In this document: positions 1 through 11,665 of the stretch, piece by piece
Layout of the letters: every line of letters begins with the position of its first letter
How positions within the stretch are numbered: position 1 is the stretch's first letter
Assembly (NCBI RefSeq): GCF_001194135.2
Contig: NC_069008.1
Coordinates: forward strand, 6,679,679-6,712,622
DNA: 32,944 nucleotides
Direction of reading: 5' to 3'
From: Octopus bimaculoides
Taxonomy: Eukaryota
Program-made: the position numbers and the translations under genes
The notes under the pieces: generated by a model
What the model was told of the DNA's origin: nothing
Seen by the model: only the letters and a program-made list of their open reading frames with translations
The model's database searches: none

Positions 1-148
1 CATACATGACAGACTGTAAGTGCCCTGAGAAAAAAGTTGGGCATAAGAAGTATCAAATGTGGTGTGCAAGAGAGATGACTGCACTGGTATGGTCATGTGT
101 TACGTATGAACGAGGACAGCTGTGTGAAGAAGTAACACTCCCTAACCT
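1..148 (+). mobile_element. RTE-clade LINE ORF2 3' fragment (short copy, homologous to ~463-607)
   Basis: Near-identical to 463-607 (gccctgagaaaaaagttgggcataagaag...gagagatgactgcactggtatgg); encodes LRKKLGIRSIKCGVQER*LHWYGHVLRMNEDS. Confidence 0.8.
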
Positions 149-1200
149 ATCAAAGGAAGATTAACTGGGAAGATAGTGTTTTGTGTGTAGCAGATGCACA
201 GGGGCAATAAACACTGACGATGTACAGAAAACAGATTCCATCACATGTCAGGGGGAATAGCCAGGGCAAAGTTCAGGGAGCTTCTACCTCTGCTGGTAAC
301 TAAGGGCCTCTCGCTCAGGATGAAAGGTAGACTGTATGATGCATGTGTGTGACCTGCCATGCTACATGGCAGTGAAACATGGGCCATGACTGTTGAGGAC
401 CTGCATAGGCTTGAAAGAAATGAAGCTAGTATAATCCGCTGGATGTGTAATGTCAGTGTGTGTACACGACAGAGTGTAAACGCCCTGAGAAAAAAGTTGG
501 GCATAAGAAGCATCAAACGTGGTGTGCAAGAGAGATGACTGCACTGGTATGGTTATGTATTATGTATGGATGAGGACAGCTGGGTGAACAAGTGCTACTC
601 CCTAACTGTAGAAGGAACCTGTAGAAGAGGTAGACCCAGAAAGACATGGGATGAGATGGTGAAGTATGACCTTCAAACATTGGGCCTCACAGAGGCAATG
701 ACAGGAGATCGAGACCTTTGGAGAAATGCTGTAATTGAGAAGATCTGGCAACTAAAGTGAGATTGCAGCCATGGCCATTGCCAGTGTTGCATCTCTGGCC
801 CATTTAAGAGTACCCACGCAATATGATATGCTTGAGAAGACCTGATGAGTTGAGTAAAATCAAAGTCGTAGCTGTCACCAGTGCCCCAACTTGCTCCCGT
901 GTTGGTGGCACATTAAAAGCACCAGCCGAACATGGCCAATGCCAGTGGCACATAAAATGCACTATCCGAACATGATTGATGCCAGGACTGCCTGACTAGC
1001 CCCTGTGCTGGTGGTACGTAAAAAGCACCCACTACTCTCTCGTAGTGGTTGGCATTAGGAAGGGCATCCAGCTGTAGAAACATTGCCAGATCAGATTGGA
1101 GCCTGGTGCAGCTGCTAGCTCACCAGACCTCAGTCAAACCGTCGTCCGACCCATGCCGGCATGGAAAACGGACGTTAAATGATGATGATGATGATAATGA
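149..1200 (+). mobile_element. RTE-clade LINE 3' end (decayed ORF2 C-terminus, 3'UTR, (GAT)n tail)
   Basis: Translation RAKFRELLPLLVTKGLSLRMKGRLYDACV*PAMLHGSETWAMTVEDLHRLERNEASIIRWMC...EGTCRRGRPRKTW matches the RTE ORF2 C-terminus. It has in-frame stops and ends in a ggttggcattaggaagggcatccagc...cccatgccggcatggaaaacggacgttaaa(tga)n tail. Confidence 0.85.
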
Positions 1201-1569
1201 TATATATATCAGCAACTGTCATTAATATCACTAATGCTTCTTTTNNNNNNNNNNNNNNNNNNNNNNNNNNNNNNNNNNNNNNNNNNNNNNNNNNNNNNNN
1301 NNNNNNNNNNNNNNNNNNNNNNNNNNNNNNNNNNNNNNNNNNNNNNNNNNNNNNNNNNNNNGCTTCTTTTTTTTTCTTTTTTCCTTTTCTGGCACCTGTC
1401 ACCACCATTGTCACCAGGCTGAGACGAAAGCCAAGCTGGAGCATCCTGAGCGAAGACCTGTACACTCACTCAGTCACCATCCAACTGATGCTGTCCTCCT
1501 CACGGCATCAGGAAGCAAGATGTACATGTGGACATCACGTTACCGCAACAAGGATGATTGATCCTAATA

Positions 1570-2150
1570 ACCCTGTCCCCTTACCACCACCACCACCACC
1601 ACTGCCACCCCTTCCTGCGTAGATCCTATTCCCACTCCCCCCTCAGTCTCCTCTTTCCTCTTCTTCTCCTTTGCATTCTCTTATCTCTCCCTTGTCTTTT
1701 TACCTCTTCATTGTCTTCAGTCTTTAAATTCTCCTCCTCCTCCTCTTTGCTCTTTTCCCTCACATCCTCCTCCTCCTTTGGTCCCCTCTATTCCCTTCTT
1801 CTACTTCTTCTGCTTCTGCTTCTTCTTCTTTTTCTTCTTCTTCATCTTCTACATCATTTTCTACTTCTCCTCCCCGTCCTCTTCTTCTTCATCCTCCTCT
1901 CCTCCAACTTCATCTTCTTCGTTGTTCTCCCGTCCCCTCCTCCCCTGCTCCTCGTCCCACTCCACCTACGTCTTCATTCTCTTCTCCTCCTCCTCCACCT
2001 TTTTCTTCTTCTCGTTCTCCTCCTCCTACTCCTTCTTGTTCTTCTTCTACTCCTCCTTTTCCTCCTCCTCCTCCTTCTTTTCCTCCTCCTTCTCCTTCTT
2101 TTACTTCTCCTCCTCCACCTACTCCTCAACTGCCTCCTTCTCCTTCTTCC
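1570..2150. repeat. Polypyrimidine (TCC/TTC/CT)n low-complexity tract
   Basis: ~580 bp of almost purely C/T degenerate triplets on the + strand. Confidence 0.95.
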
Positions 2151-3292
2151 TGCCGAGGTTCATCTATGGCCTCACGCAGGTGATGCCAGCAAGAGGAATT
2201 CTTGAGAGCCTTGACATGGCCATCCAGGTAGGAGTTAGGAGGATACTTTATCTCCCTATAATGACGTCAAATTTCTTCCTGTATTGCAGCCGGCGAGATG
2301 GCGGTTTGAGTCTTCACTAAATAGTGAGGATGATACCCAAGAATGTCATGCGCCTGCTGACATCCGAGTATGTCTCCATTAAAAAGATTGCTGATTCATC
2401 AGGGCTCACCGACCTGAATCAGCTATGATTTACCTTTGATAAGTCCAGGTGCTACTGAATACGACCCTGACATCTGGCTGGTGCACTCCCACAAATGGGC
2501 GGCCCAACCAGTGCATGGTGTGTGCAGCGGTATTTCGGGGGGATTTAATTGATAATATCTGGCTTAGTAGAGCGGGTGGGATAACAGAGGTGTGTCTCTT
2601 GGGATTACTCAAGATGCGCTCCAGTGTTTTTTCCACCTTGACGTGAGGAGGTCGTGGGGTCTCCACGTGTCCAATGAGTAGAGTAGGGGCGGAGACCATC
2701 TCGCATGTCAGTGTAGTCTGTGCTGCAGTTAAGAAGCTTACACTTGCCAGACACGACAAATTATGTACTCTGGTAACACGTGAAGCGATAACTCATGGTT
2801 GGAGGCTTAGTGTGGAGCCCTTCTATAGGTTACACGGCTCCAGACTAATCATAGACCTAGTATTTAACAGTCCTGCAAAGGTGGTAGTCGTCGAGGTGAC
2901 CGTTCGTTTCGAACAGGGAGCTGCCTTGCAAGAGGCAGCTCTTGAGAAAGTGCGCAAATATCGGCCACTCATTCCTCTTCTAATGGAAGAGTTTGGGCGG
3001 CCGGTGGATGTGTACAGTGTCCCTGTTGGTGCATGGTGTTCGTCTGCGAACGAAGCACTGGACGCCCGGGGCATCAGAATCGGCAACTACTTAACAGTAC
3101 TGCTATGTTAAGCACTTATAATATGCTGAGGAATTAGCACTCAGCATACAGATCCATCGGGCTGGATCTGGGTGCATCAAAATCTACTGCAAAGGTATGG
3201 CACCGACAACAGGTAAAATACCGGGTTGAATATTCTAGTGGTTCACCCTTGTTCCCTTCTGGGGCAGTGGCGATCACGTCTAATACAAAAAA
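2148..3292 (+). mobile_element. 5'-truncated, decayed R2-clade non-LTR retrotransposon (thumb, zinc knuckle remnant, restriction-like endonuclease)
   Basis: LPRFIYGL...RRDGGLSL thumb motif; ETISHVSVVC knuckle remnant; RHDKLC; IDLVF...VVEVTVRFE...AALEKVRKY...VPVGAW, as in R2 VDVTVRYE/EKVxKY motifs. Stops and frameshifts are present. The 3' end (short A6 at 3287-3292) is uncertain. Confidence 0.8.
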
Positions 3293-3768
3293 GGATGTCT
3301 CCGTTCATGAGCGTCGCTGATGACGAGGCATTGTGGGGCCCAGTGGGTGCAGATGATACCCATGCTGCTAAAAAAGATGGTAATCCTGAGTTTTTGTTTT
3401 TCTGGCCGCTTGTACCAGCGAAAAACAGAAGCCCGGCCCATACAAGTTAATCCAGAAGCAGTTTGGAACATTGCATAAGTTTCCGAAGCATTTTTACTTT
3501 GTTTAACAGAAAACTTTATTATTACATAGTGAGCTTCCAAATTGTTTTCACGTCCTGACTGCATTTTGCAAAATAATCTGCTGCGACAAGCAGTGTTTAG
3601 TAAGATGTGTTGAAAGTGCTGTTACAGCCGTCTCCTTCAATCTGCAATGCAAACGTTGAAAGCTCAGTTTATTGATGTATAGTAATTATGTACTACCATT
3701 AGAATAATCTTGGACAGTTATAACTGCCTCTCCTAAAAAGTCTCAGAGCGTCTGCAATGCCCCTCGTA
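3293..3768 (-). mobile_element. Internally deleted mariner (Tc1/mariner) transposon relic
   Basis: Minus ORF IIKFSVKQSKNASETYAMFQTASGLTCMGRASVFRWYKR (mariner N-terminal HTH) is joined to ITIFFSSMGII (VFFDxxGII-like). A TA-CGAGGG-type terminus lies at 3760-3768. Confidence 0.8.
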
Positions 3769-4002
3769 TACGAAACAACAAATGAATGTTGACGTCTGGA
3801 AAAAATTTAACCATACGTGTTATCAATCAGGGATGACCTGGGCTAAACACTCTCGACAACGACAATACAGCAATTATTTTCACTAAGCACTGCCCTCGAC
3901 CATAATGTAGCAGTTTACACTACAGTCGTCAAAGTTGTGATAAACTAGACTAATAACGACTTCTAGAGACACCGTATTTCAGTATGCAGCTACGAAGTAT
4001 AA

Positions 4003-4258
4003 TAAATGCTTTATAAGACAACACTGTGTGCTACTATGTTAGCAGTGATATTAAATCAATTGTAAAAGCTATCTCTACAGATTTTCTTCAGGAATTATAG
4101 CCAGCGCTGACTTGTTCGGGGTACTCGAATATGAAATGTCGTTACAAATCAGTACTGGCTATAATTTGTATTCAAAATCTGTAGAGTTGACCTTAACAAG
4201 TGATTCAATAGCACTGCTAACATGGTAGGACACAGTATTGACTTCTAAAATGTTTCAT
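4003..4258. repeat. Decayed foldback/MITE-like inverted repeat
   Basis: Arms ~4023-4115 and ~4144-4237 are reverse complements (roughly 75-80% by eye) around a ~28-nt loop. Confidence 0.7.
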
Positions 4259-4475
4259 ATACTTTGTAGTGTATGATGGTTGCATAACATACAAATAACA
4301 ATCTCTCAACTGAAGTCACTGTAACTTCTTACCAAGGTTGATAAATTGATATGCCTAATACCTGGCTCTTGTGTCACTAGTGTAAATGCTGACAGCCTTA
4401 ATGTAAAAAAACCATTCTGCACACTTAGAATAGGATAAGTCCACCTCCAGACTTCTATAGTAGGATATACATTGG

Positions 4476-4531
4476 AGAGAGAGAGAGAGGGAGAGGAAGG
4501 ATTCACAGAGAAAGAGAGAGAGAGAGGGGAG

Positions 4532-4565
<34 letters not shown>
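4476..4565. repeat. (GA)n/(GAAA)n microsatellite
   Basis: Direct reading. Confidence 0.95.
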
Positions 4566-4566
<1 letters not shown>

Positions 4567-5059
4567 CATTGTTATCTTAAATTTCAATAGAAGATAGCAA
4601 AATTAGCAGAGATAGATTCCATGATGGAATTGTGACGTCATAGAAGTATTTGAAAGAACTATATTCTCAATACTTGCCATATTTCTATGAATGAATGAAA
4701 ATTGCTTATAATGTTCGTAATTAAAGCTATTCGTGACTATCCAGTCTTTTATTAGTATATGCATATAATCTAATAATATATAATCTAACGTGTCATTTCT
4801 AAAGAGAGAATGGTGTTGAATTATTGAAATTTGCTTGTTATTTTATGCAGCTCCAGCAATCATGAGTTGTCATAGTAGCTGTTAAATGAAACATCTTTCA
4901 AATGTTGCTAAAAGGGATATATGTGTAACCGTATGTATAGATGTGCATAATATCTCTGTAATCAGTAATGTATTATAGGTATTACTTCTGAATTATAATA
5001 TTTACAACCATTTAACTCTAGACGTTACAAACATTTATTTAGAAACAGATCGCGCGTTC

Positions 5060-5207
5060 GTTCTTTCAGCTTCCGTCTACCAAATCCACTCAAAAGGTTT
5101 TGTTTATAGTAGAAACCATTTGCCCAAATCGCCATACTATGGGTCTGAATCCGGAACCATGTGGTTGCGAAGCAAGCTTCTTACCACACAACGATGCCTG
5201 CATCTAT
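5060..5207 (-). mobile_element. tRNA-derived SINE (octopus-type)
   Basis: Minus strand has A-box-like gttgtgtggtaag and B-box-like ggttccggattcagaccc, followed by ttgggcaa and gagtggatttggtagacggaa. Confidence 0.75.
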
Positions 5208-6045
5208 GAGAACAAGTATATTTATTTTCGTTTTCATCTGTGAGGCTCTTGTATGTTGGGTGATTTATTATTGGTTAATTATTGTAGAGATAATGTACGA
5301 GAATAATTATTTCCTGGGTATAATATTTGTATTGAAGCACAAACTGTTATTTATTTGCTACCAAATTCTATGTTCTAAGATGAGAAACCTACCCCGTACT
5401 GCCTCTGAGAGTATATTCAGAGTATGATTTTACAGAGCGAGACACTCTTACCACAACATATCGTTCCCTGAAAGTTGAAAGTATTTTCTCAGCACAAAAT
5501 GTTCGTCTACAACTTCATTTCTTCCACAATTCAGAGACATCATTTAATCACGCACTGAGTGTTTTCATTGTTTATCTTCAGATCAATTCTGGTCAAGCAC
5601 ATGTATGATTAAGAGCATTCCAGACATGAACAACAGTTTTCTTCATCAGACATTGTTTAAATATATCCCCAAACGTCCTTTATTATACCGTGTTACATGA
5701 AAGATAATTGGCTGATATTTCTAGCAAGTCGAACCACAGCATAAAAGCTCCCCGTAGGCACATTGATGGTTATTAAATATAGACTCATTGATAGATAACC
5801 ATTCACAAGAAATGTAGATGAACTATTGTGTATAGTAATAACTGGTTTTAGTCTCACTCTAATGTATATTCGTGCAGCATTGGCTATGTAATTCCGAATA
5901 CAACTCCATATAAATCCTGCATCATGTGTTTGTGTTATGTGTTATGTGTTGCACCAGACCAATGCCAGTTTGGAAGTACGAGAGATTAGAACTGGCTCTG
6001 CACAGACCATGCAAACCGCTATAATGATATTCCTCGTACAGGTCA

Positions 6046-6205
6046 GGCATCGAGCTGACAGAATCGTCAGCACGTCCGGCAAAATGCTTAGCGGCATTTC
6101 GCCCTCCTTCACGTTCTGACTTCAAATTCCGCCTCAGTCGATCGCTCCAGGATCGATAAAATAAGTGCCAGTCGCATACTAGGGTCAATGCAATTGACTT
6201 GACCC
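6046..6205 (+). mobile_element. tRNA-derived SINE with Nin-domain-like core (partially deleted)
   Basis: gagctgacagaatcgtcagcacg...ttctgacttcaaattccgcc...gtcgat...gataaaataagtgccagt resembles cephalopod Nin-type SINEs from memory; not database-checked. Confidence 0.6.
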
Positions 6206-6490
6206 TCTCTGTGAAATTGATGGCATTGTGCAAACATTTGAAATCAATATACCTTGTACGGGTTATTCAGTAAACCAAAAAATTATTACCAACACAATTA
6301 CACTTTCCTCATAAATTCAAAGGTTTTAGGGAAGAGACGACGAGAACATGGAGAGGATACTATTGGAAGTCTTCAGCATTGACCCGGTACACTGGCAGAT
6401 TTAGGGTCAGGGTCGTCTCCATGGGAACCTTGAAGAACATTGTGCAGTTGCATGTTGCTGAAATCTCATTTGTCGTAACGACGACAGCGA

Positions 6491-6660
6491 CACATACACA
6501 CACACACACACACACATATATATACATACATATGAATGTGTGTGCATCTGTGCGTGTAGTATGCACGTATGTGTGTTTGTGTTTCTTTATGTATATATCT
6601 ATGCGTGTTTATGTATGTATGTGTATGTGTGTGTCTGTATGTATATTCGTATGTATGCAG
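6491..6660. repeat. (CA)n/(TA)n/(TG)n compound microsatellite
   Basis: Direct reading. Confidence 0.95.
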
Positions 6661-6860
6661 CCTTCATTGTGTCATAAGAAATATTTAATTCACTGCATAA
6701 TTATTTTACATGTCTGCGCTAGTAGAACAGACATGTCAAATAGTTTATCATGCACTAAGAGAAAAAAATTCATTAGATGATAAAGGCTGCTGAACGGACG
6801 TCATCCCACGGATATCAAATGGTTAAATAAATGCATATATCATACCTACAAGAATTAAAA

Positions 6861-7183
6861 GAGAATGTCATAATTGCAAAACTAATTCTGGAATATTTGC
6901 TAATGAAGTCCTAATGATACCCGGAATAAAGTTGAATTTAAGCAATGGAATGGGTGCACCCTTGAAGAGGAAGCAAATCCTGACATTGTTGTCATTTGCC
7001 ATGCGAAATCCCAAATCTCAATCTGTGGAGAAGGTTCTTGTATTTTTGTAAGAACCTATATTCAATCATGGTCAGTTGTATGGAGCACCAAGTGGAGTAA
7101 AAAGTAGTGATAATATCAGAATTGAAGACGGTGGAGGAAATAAAACAAAAAATAATGTAATGAAGGGAGTTTTTGATTCATAA
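6861..7183 (+). mobile_element. Helitron Rep/helicase C-terminal relic (PIF1-like motifs)
   Basis: Translation VLMIPGIKL...LKRKQILTLLSFAMRNPKSQSVEKVLVFL*EPIFNHGQLYGAPSGVKS...TKNNVMKGVF parallels the Helitron FAMTINKSQGQSL...PVFSHGQLYVALSRV...TxNVVYKEV region. It has an in-frame stop and a frameshift. Confidence 0.75.
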
Positions 7184-7221
7184 TTGGTTTTGAATTTCAA
7201 TAGAGTGATTTAAGGAGCATC

Positions 7222-7254
7222 TTTCTCTTTCTCTCCCCCCTCTCTCTTTCTCTT

Positions 7255-7295
<41 letters not shown>
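7222..7295. repeat. (CT)n(CTAT)n microsatellite
   Basis: Direct reading. Confidence 0.95.
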
Positions 7296-7469
7296 TGAAT
7301 TTAAATAAATTCTATCCATATAAAATTAAAACTCAAAATTTGTCTGTTATTTATTTTCTTTTTGCCTTGTGATTAAGTTGATTAAGATTAGTATTTCATT
7401 TTAAATAAAATAGTAAATTTCCCCTTTAAGACAAAAAATAAAGTTGAAAATGTTGTTTTGCTACAGCGA

Positions 7470-10222
7470 TGAAGTACCGGCGGGCTGACCTATTATTTCA
7501 CTATGCCTTCTTTTTCACTTCTTCAATTTATAGTTGCATTGAGAAAATTTTGGACTGTGTTTCCTCTGTGTGCTGTCGGATGACTTCTGTTACCAGGATT
7601 TCAACTTCAATATCTATGCTTGGCCAGTTTAGGAAGCTTCGCATCCTTTTGTCGACCACATTTGATCTTTGTCTCGGTGATAAATCTGTCATGTCTCGCA
7701 TTTCTTTATATTTCTTCTAAAGTTACTGGTAGTTTACGCACGATGTTCCACATCACTTTTTTTTATTTCCGCTTCCGCTCTCAGTGCTGCTATTACAGTG
7801 TCATCCAGCAGTGTGTTATCTCTCGGAATTAACCTAGACAGACCATCAGCATATCCCAACTTTTTGAAGTCAGATATTCCATTCTATAATTGTAGTTTAA
7901 TAGAATGGTACCCCACAGCTGCAGTCTGTTTGCCGTAGGTGACGGGATTCCTTTCTTAGATCCGTATATCGTTAGTAGAGGTCTATGGTCCGTTTGCAAC
8001 CAAAAATGTCTGCTGTGAACGAACATTTTCACGCCAAATATAATAACCAATGCCTCTTTTTCAATCTCGCTGTAGCACTTTTCCGCCGGTAATGATGTCC
8101 TTGATGTATTAGCTATAGACTTTCTCTTGCCCTCGTTATCCTTGCGTAGGGGCACGGCCCCTATCCCATACTCGTTAGCATCTGTAGCTAGTATCATCTC
8201 TAACTTTGGGTCTAAATACGTAAGATACAAGTCTGAAGTTATCACAACTCGTTAAATGCTTTCTGGCATTTCTCTGCCCAAACTTATTTAGCTTTTCTTT
8301 TCAGTAATTCATTAAATGGTGACTTTACCTTATGTATATTTGGGAAATATACTTGGTAATAATTTACCAAACCTAGGAATGCCTGTAGCATTGTCATGTT
8401 TGTCGAGAGTGGCATATTCCGTATTGCCGCCGCCCTTGATGGGTCCGGTCTGCATCCACTTTTGTCCATTACTTGACTAGGTATTTTATTTTTTCATCAA
8501 ACATTTGCATTTTCCTCCCGTTTTAGCCCATATTCATTTATTCTCTCGAATATTTTCTTTGTGTTCGACATGTTGCACTCTAGACAGAATGTCATCTAAG
8601 TATGCGATGGCAAAGTCGTAATCACTAAACATCGCATCTATTATTCGTTGGAATATGGCGGGTACCACTTTTGCTCCTTACGGCAGTCGATCGAACTTGT
8701 ACAATCCACTGTGCGTGTTGATTGTTAGCAGATGTGTGCAATCTTCCTCTAACTGAATTTGAAAGTACGCCTTTGAGAGGTCTAACTTCCAGAAAATTTT
8801 CCCTCCATTTAATTTAGCAAATACTTTTCCTGAGCTTGGAAGTGGCTAATTATGTGTGATTAAACAGTCATTTAACCCGGTTGAGAAGTCTTCGCACACT
8901 CTTAGTGTATTATATTTTTTTACTTACCCGCCGGTGCTGTCCAGTCTGCATGGTCAATCTTTTCAATTATATTCAGGCTTTCCAGCCTCTCTAGCTCTTT
9001 TTTGACCTGGTCTACCGCCGCAAACGTTCCCTTTGGGTCTGAAAATAGGTGTTCAATTTTCTTTGATAGCAATCCTTGCTTTTGTTTCTGTGCAACAGCT
9101 TAGAAACTTTCCCAAAAGATTTTTTGGAAAATTTATCATTTTTCGTCTCAGTTATTTCGACTTGTTCAATCGTTTGATTGCTCCGTTTACGTTATTGCAC
9201 AAAACACTTCTGGGTACATCCTACAAGTTAAATTTCTCCACAAATTCGACGCCAAATAAATTCATTAGTTTTCTCAACACATAAACGTTCACTTTTTTGG
9301 TTCGACCTTTGAACATTATATTACAAACGCGTTCACCCATGAAATATAATTTTCTTCCCGTAACACCACGCGCTATTTCGTTTGAACTACAAAACTTTGG
9401 TTTACCCATTTGTTCCCATGTTTTCTTATTTATGATTATGATGCCACTTCTCGGGGTCTAATTGCATTCTGACACTAGTGGTTTCAATCCTCGCGTTCAC
9501 GAATTTTCTGTTTGTTGTAGTCACAAATTTTCCAGCTAACAAACTATTTATTTTCTCTTGTTTGTTCCATTTTCCTATCATTCTAGTTTTGCAGTGCGAT
9601 TTTATATATCCTGTAGACCCATTATGAAAACACTTTGCTTTTTTATGAGGACAGTCTTTTTTCAGGTGCATCCCCTCGCATCCCGATATCTTTTTGGTTT
9701 TCCTGCAACACATTCTTTGTCTTACGACTTTTTTGCATTGGTCTTAGGTGAAAACGCTCCGTTGAATTCTTTCCGTTGCATGCTTTAATTTCAATATCAT
9801 TTCACACACTTCCGACAGTTTCTACAATGTCAAATATTGGCTCATTTCCTGTTTTGCTTGGGTTTTCGTTCAGATTTCTGCTTCCCTTTTATCTTGTGCA
9901 AAGATCGAACACTTGAATGAATCTGGAGTAGGTATATCCAGCCTACACCTCTCACATTCTTTGTTGACTCTGCCTGTGTAAGTAGTGAAGTTTTCATCTT
10001 CGCTCTTTTCTATGTTTAAACATTTCCATCCAATATTAAACAGTTAGCTCTTTTCACTAAACATTTTGCACAAAATGTCAACTGTGTAGATGAAATTTAT
10101 GTCGGACGCATTTTTTAGCATTAGGAAGTTACTCTACTTCCCATGATTTGCTGTCGCTAATTTTCTTAAAACTAGACGCGTTTTCACTTCGTCCGTCCAA
10201 TCCGGACATTCTTTTTCAAAAC
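7470..10222 (-). mobile_element. Decayed Ty3/Gypsy (Mag/K02A2.6-like) gag-pol; no LTR recognised, integrase core missing
   Basis: Gag FEKECPDWTDEVKTRLVLRKL and EDENFTTYTGRVNKECE; knuckle remnant CPHKKAKC; protease remnant MQLD. RT KLDLSKAYFQI...GLYKFDRLP*G...PAIFQR...AIAYLDDIL (~8590-8850). RNase H LATDANEYGIGAV...YSEIEKEAL...LQTDHRPL (7829-8245). Many stops and frameshifts; left boundary approximate. Confidence 0.92.
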
Positions 10223-10974
10223 TTTTCTACTTACCAGTAGAATGTTTGATATGAACTCTGTAGTGACGACTTATTGCAGACGCCATTTTGGAACATTCAT
10301 CTACGCATGCGCATAGGATTAAAGCTTTCGAGAAATCTGNNNNNNNNNNNNNNNNNNNNNNNNNNNNNNNNNNNNNNNNNNNNNNNNNNNNNNNNNNNNN
10401 NNNNNNNNNTCACCATCAGTAGCTAGGCTTCAAACCCATATTGCCTTCGTCAATCTCGGCTGTTGACCAGGCAGGACGTAACTTGGACCAGCTCCTGGGA
10501 GATGGAATACTGATGGCGAGCGATGTCGCGATTCTATGAAAATGCCTTCATAGTTTTGTGTCTAACTAGCAACCCTGCTGCTTTTACAGCAAGGTGTCCT
10601 GGCTACCGATGTCCAGAGATGGAATGTTTATTCGGACAAAATAAATTATTGTTATTTGTCCTCGCTTTTTCCTTCCATGAACTATGTATGGAATTGTGAA
10701 GCACCCAGCAAGTGCTGAATCACATTTTCCTACAAGTCCAAAAGAAAAGTGAAGAAGTGTGAGAAAAGATCATTGATTGATTTGTGGTCGATTAAAAGCC
10801 ATTTCTCGTCCTGTAAAATCCGGAACAAACATTTAGCGATGTGAGGTTGTGATCAAACGAAATATTTAATCCTGAAGGTCATGGAACACTGACCCTTAAA
10901 CATGTATGTTGCCCTGTCTTATCCGTTAACATTCACCTCGACACGAGATAATTACTACGAATCATTATAATTAG
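10223..10974 (-). promoter_or_regulatory. Orphan ZNF 5' cassette (promoter, exon 1, donor GTAAGT at 10234-10229) with no ZNF CDS behind it
   Basis: Reverse complement is highly similar to 31989-32645 (upstream of gene E) and 11666-11937. The sequence switches to Gypsy gag 12 nt into the intron. Confidence 0.75.
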
Positions 10975-11410
10975 CGAGGAATGTGAAGACGCAGGCTGGA
11001 AAGCGGAATATTTTCCACTCGAAGTCGGATGTAGAGGGTTTGTTGGACACTGTGAGACGAGTGTTGTTATCGTTAGGCCTAACTCATCGTAAAGTAAATA
11101 CCACCACGATCGATATCCAAGCCACACTGGAAATGGCTAGCCACTGGATTTGGTTAAAAAGAGACGATTAGCGATGTCTAAAAGAATATTGAGCTGTATT
11201 TAATAACCTGTTGATCTAGCAAGTGGGGCCTCATATCAGTGAGGGGCCGGGGGCGGAGCGCATTCTTTCCTGTTGACCCCATACACTTGCTGGCTTCCGG
11301 TATACGGAGTTCTCGACTGGTAGCCTTTGCATGTGCAAGTTTTTTACAAAATATCTGGACACTTGTACTATCCCACATTTTTAAGGGCATTGTAGTATGT
11401 CTCCTTTGTT
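10975..11410 (+). mobile_element. HERO-clade RLE retrotransposon 3' remnant (with probable 3'UTR)
   Basis: EECEDAGWKAEYFPLEVGCRGF matches the HERO C-terminal PxEVGCRGF motif. It is the inverted paralog of ~15290-15810. Confidence 0.75.
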
Positions 11411-11665
11411 TTTTAAAGACAGAATAATGTAATCTGTTGGAGACTTGGCTGATATTTCTTCAAGGTCGAAAGATCACGCAGAGGCTCGCTCCAGTATACA
11501 TAATTATTATTGTGCTGTGTGATGCTGGATAAAATTAAAAACGTAAATTAACATAACTGAAGGTTTGTTACATTATGTTGGGGATTTTTAATATATGTCA
11601 CCGGTATCGTTTACAAAAGGGGAAAGAACATCACCGACACCGCCTATTGCAAATGTTGAGCTGAT

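Noticed and set aside
1558-2320. 215-aa Leu-rich and 180-aa Ser/Phe-rich ORFs
   Set aside because: Translations of the C/T microsatellite; only the last ~55 aa of the second ORF are real (R2 thumb region).
10150-10170. TTAGCGAC (minus strand) resembling a TGGCGAC primer-binding site
   Set aside because: It lies inside gag coding sequence (RKLATANHGK); no LTR is adjacent.
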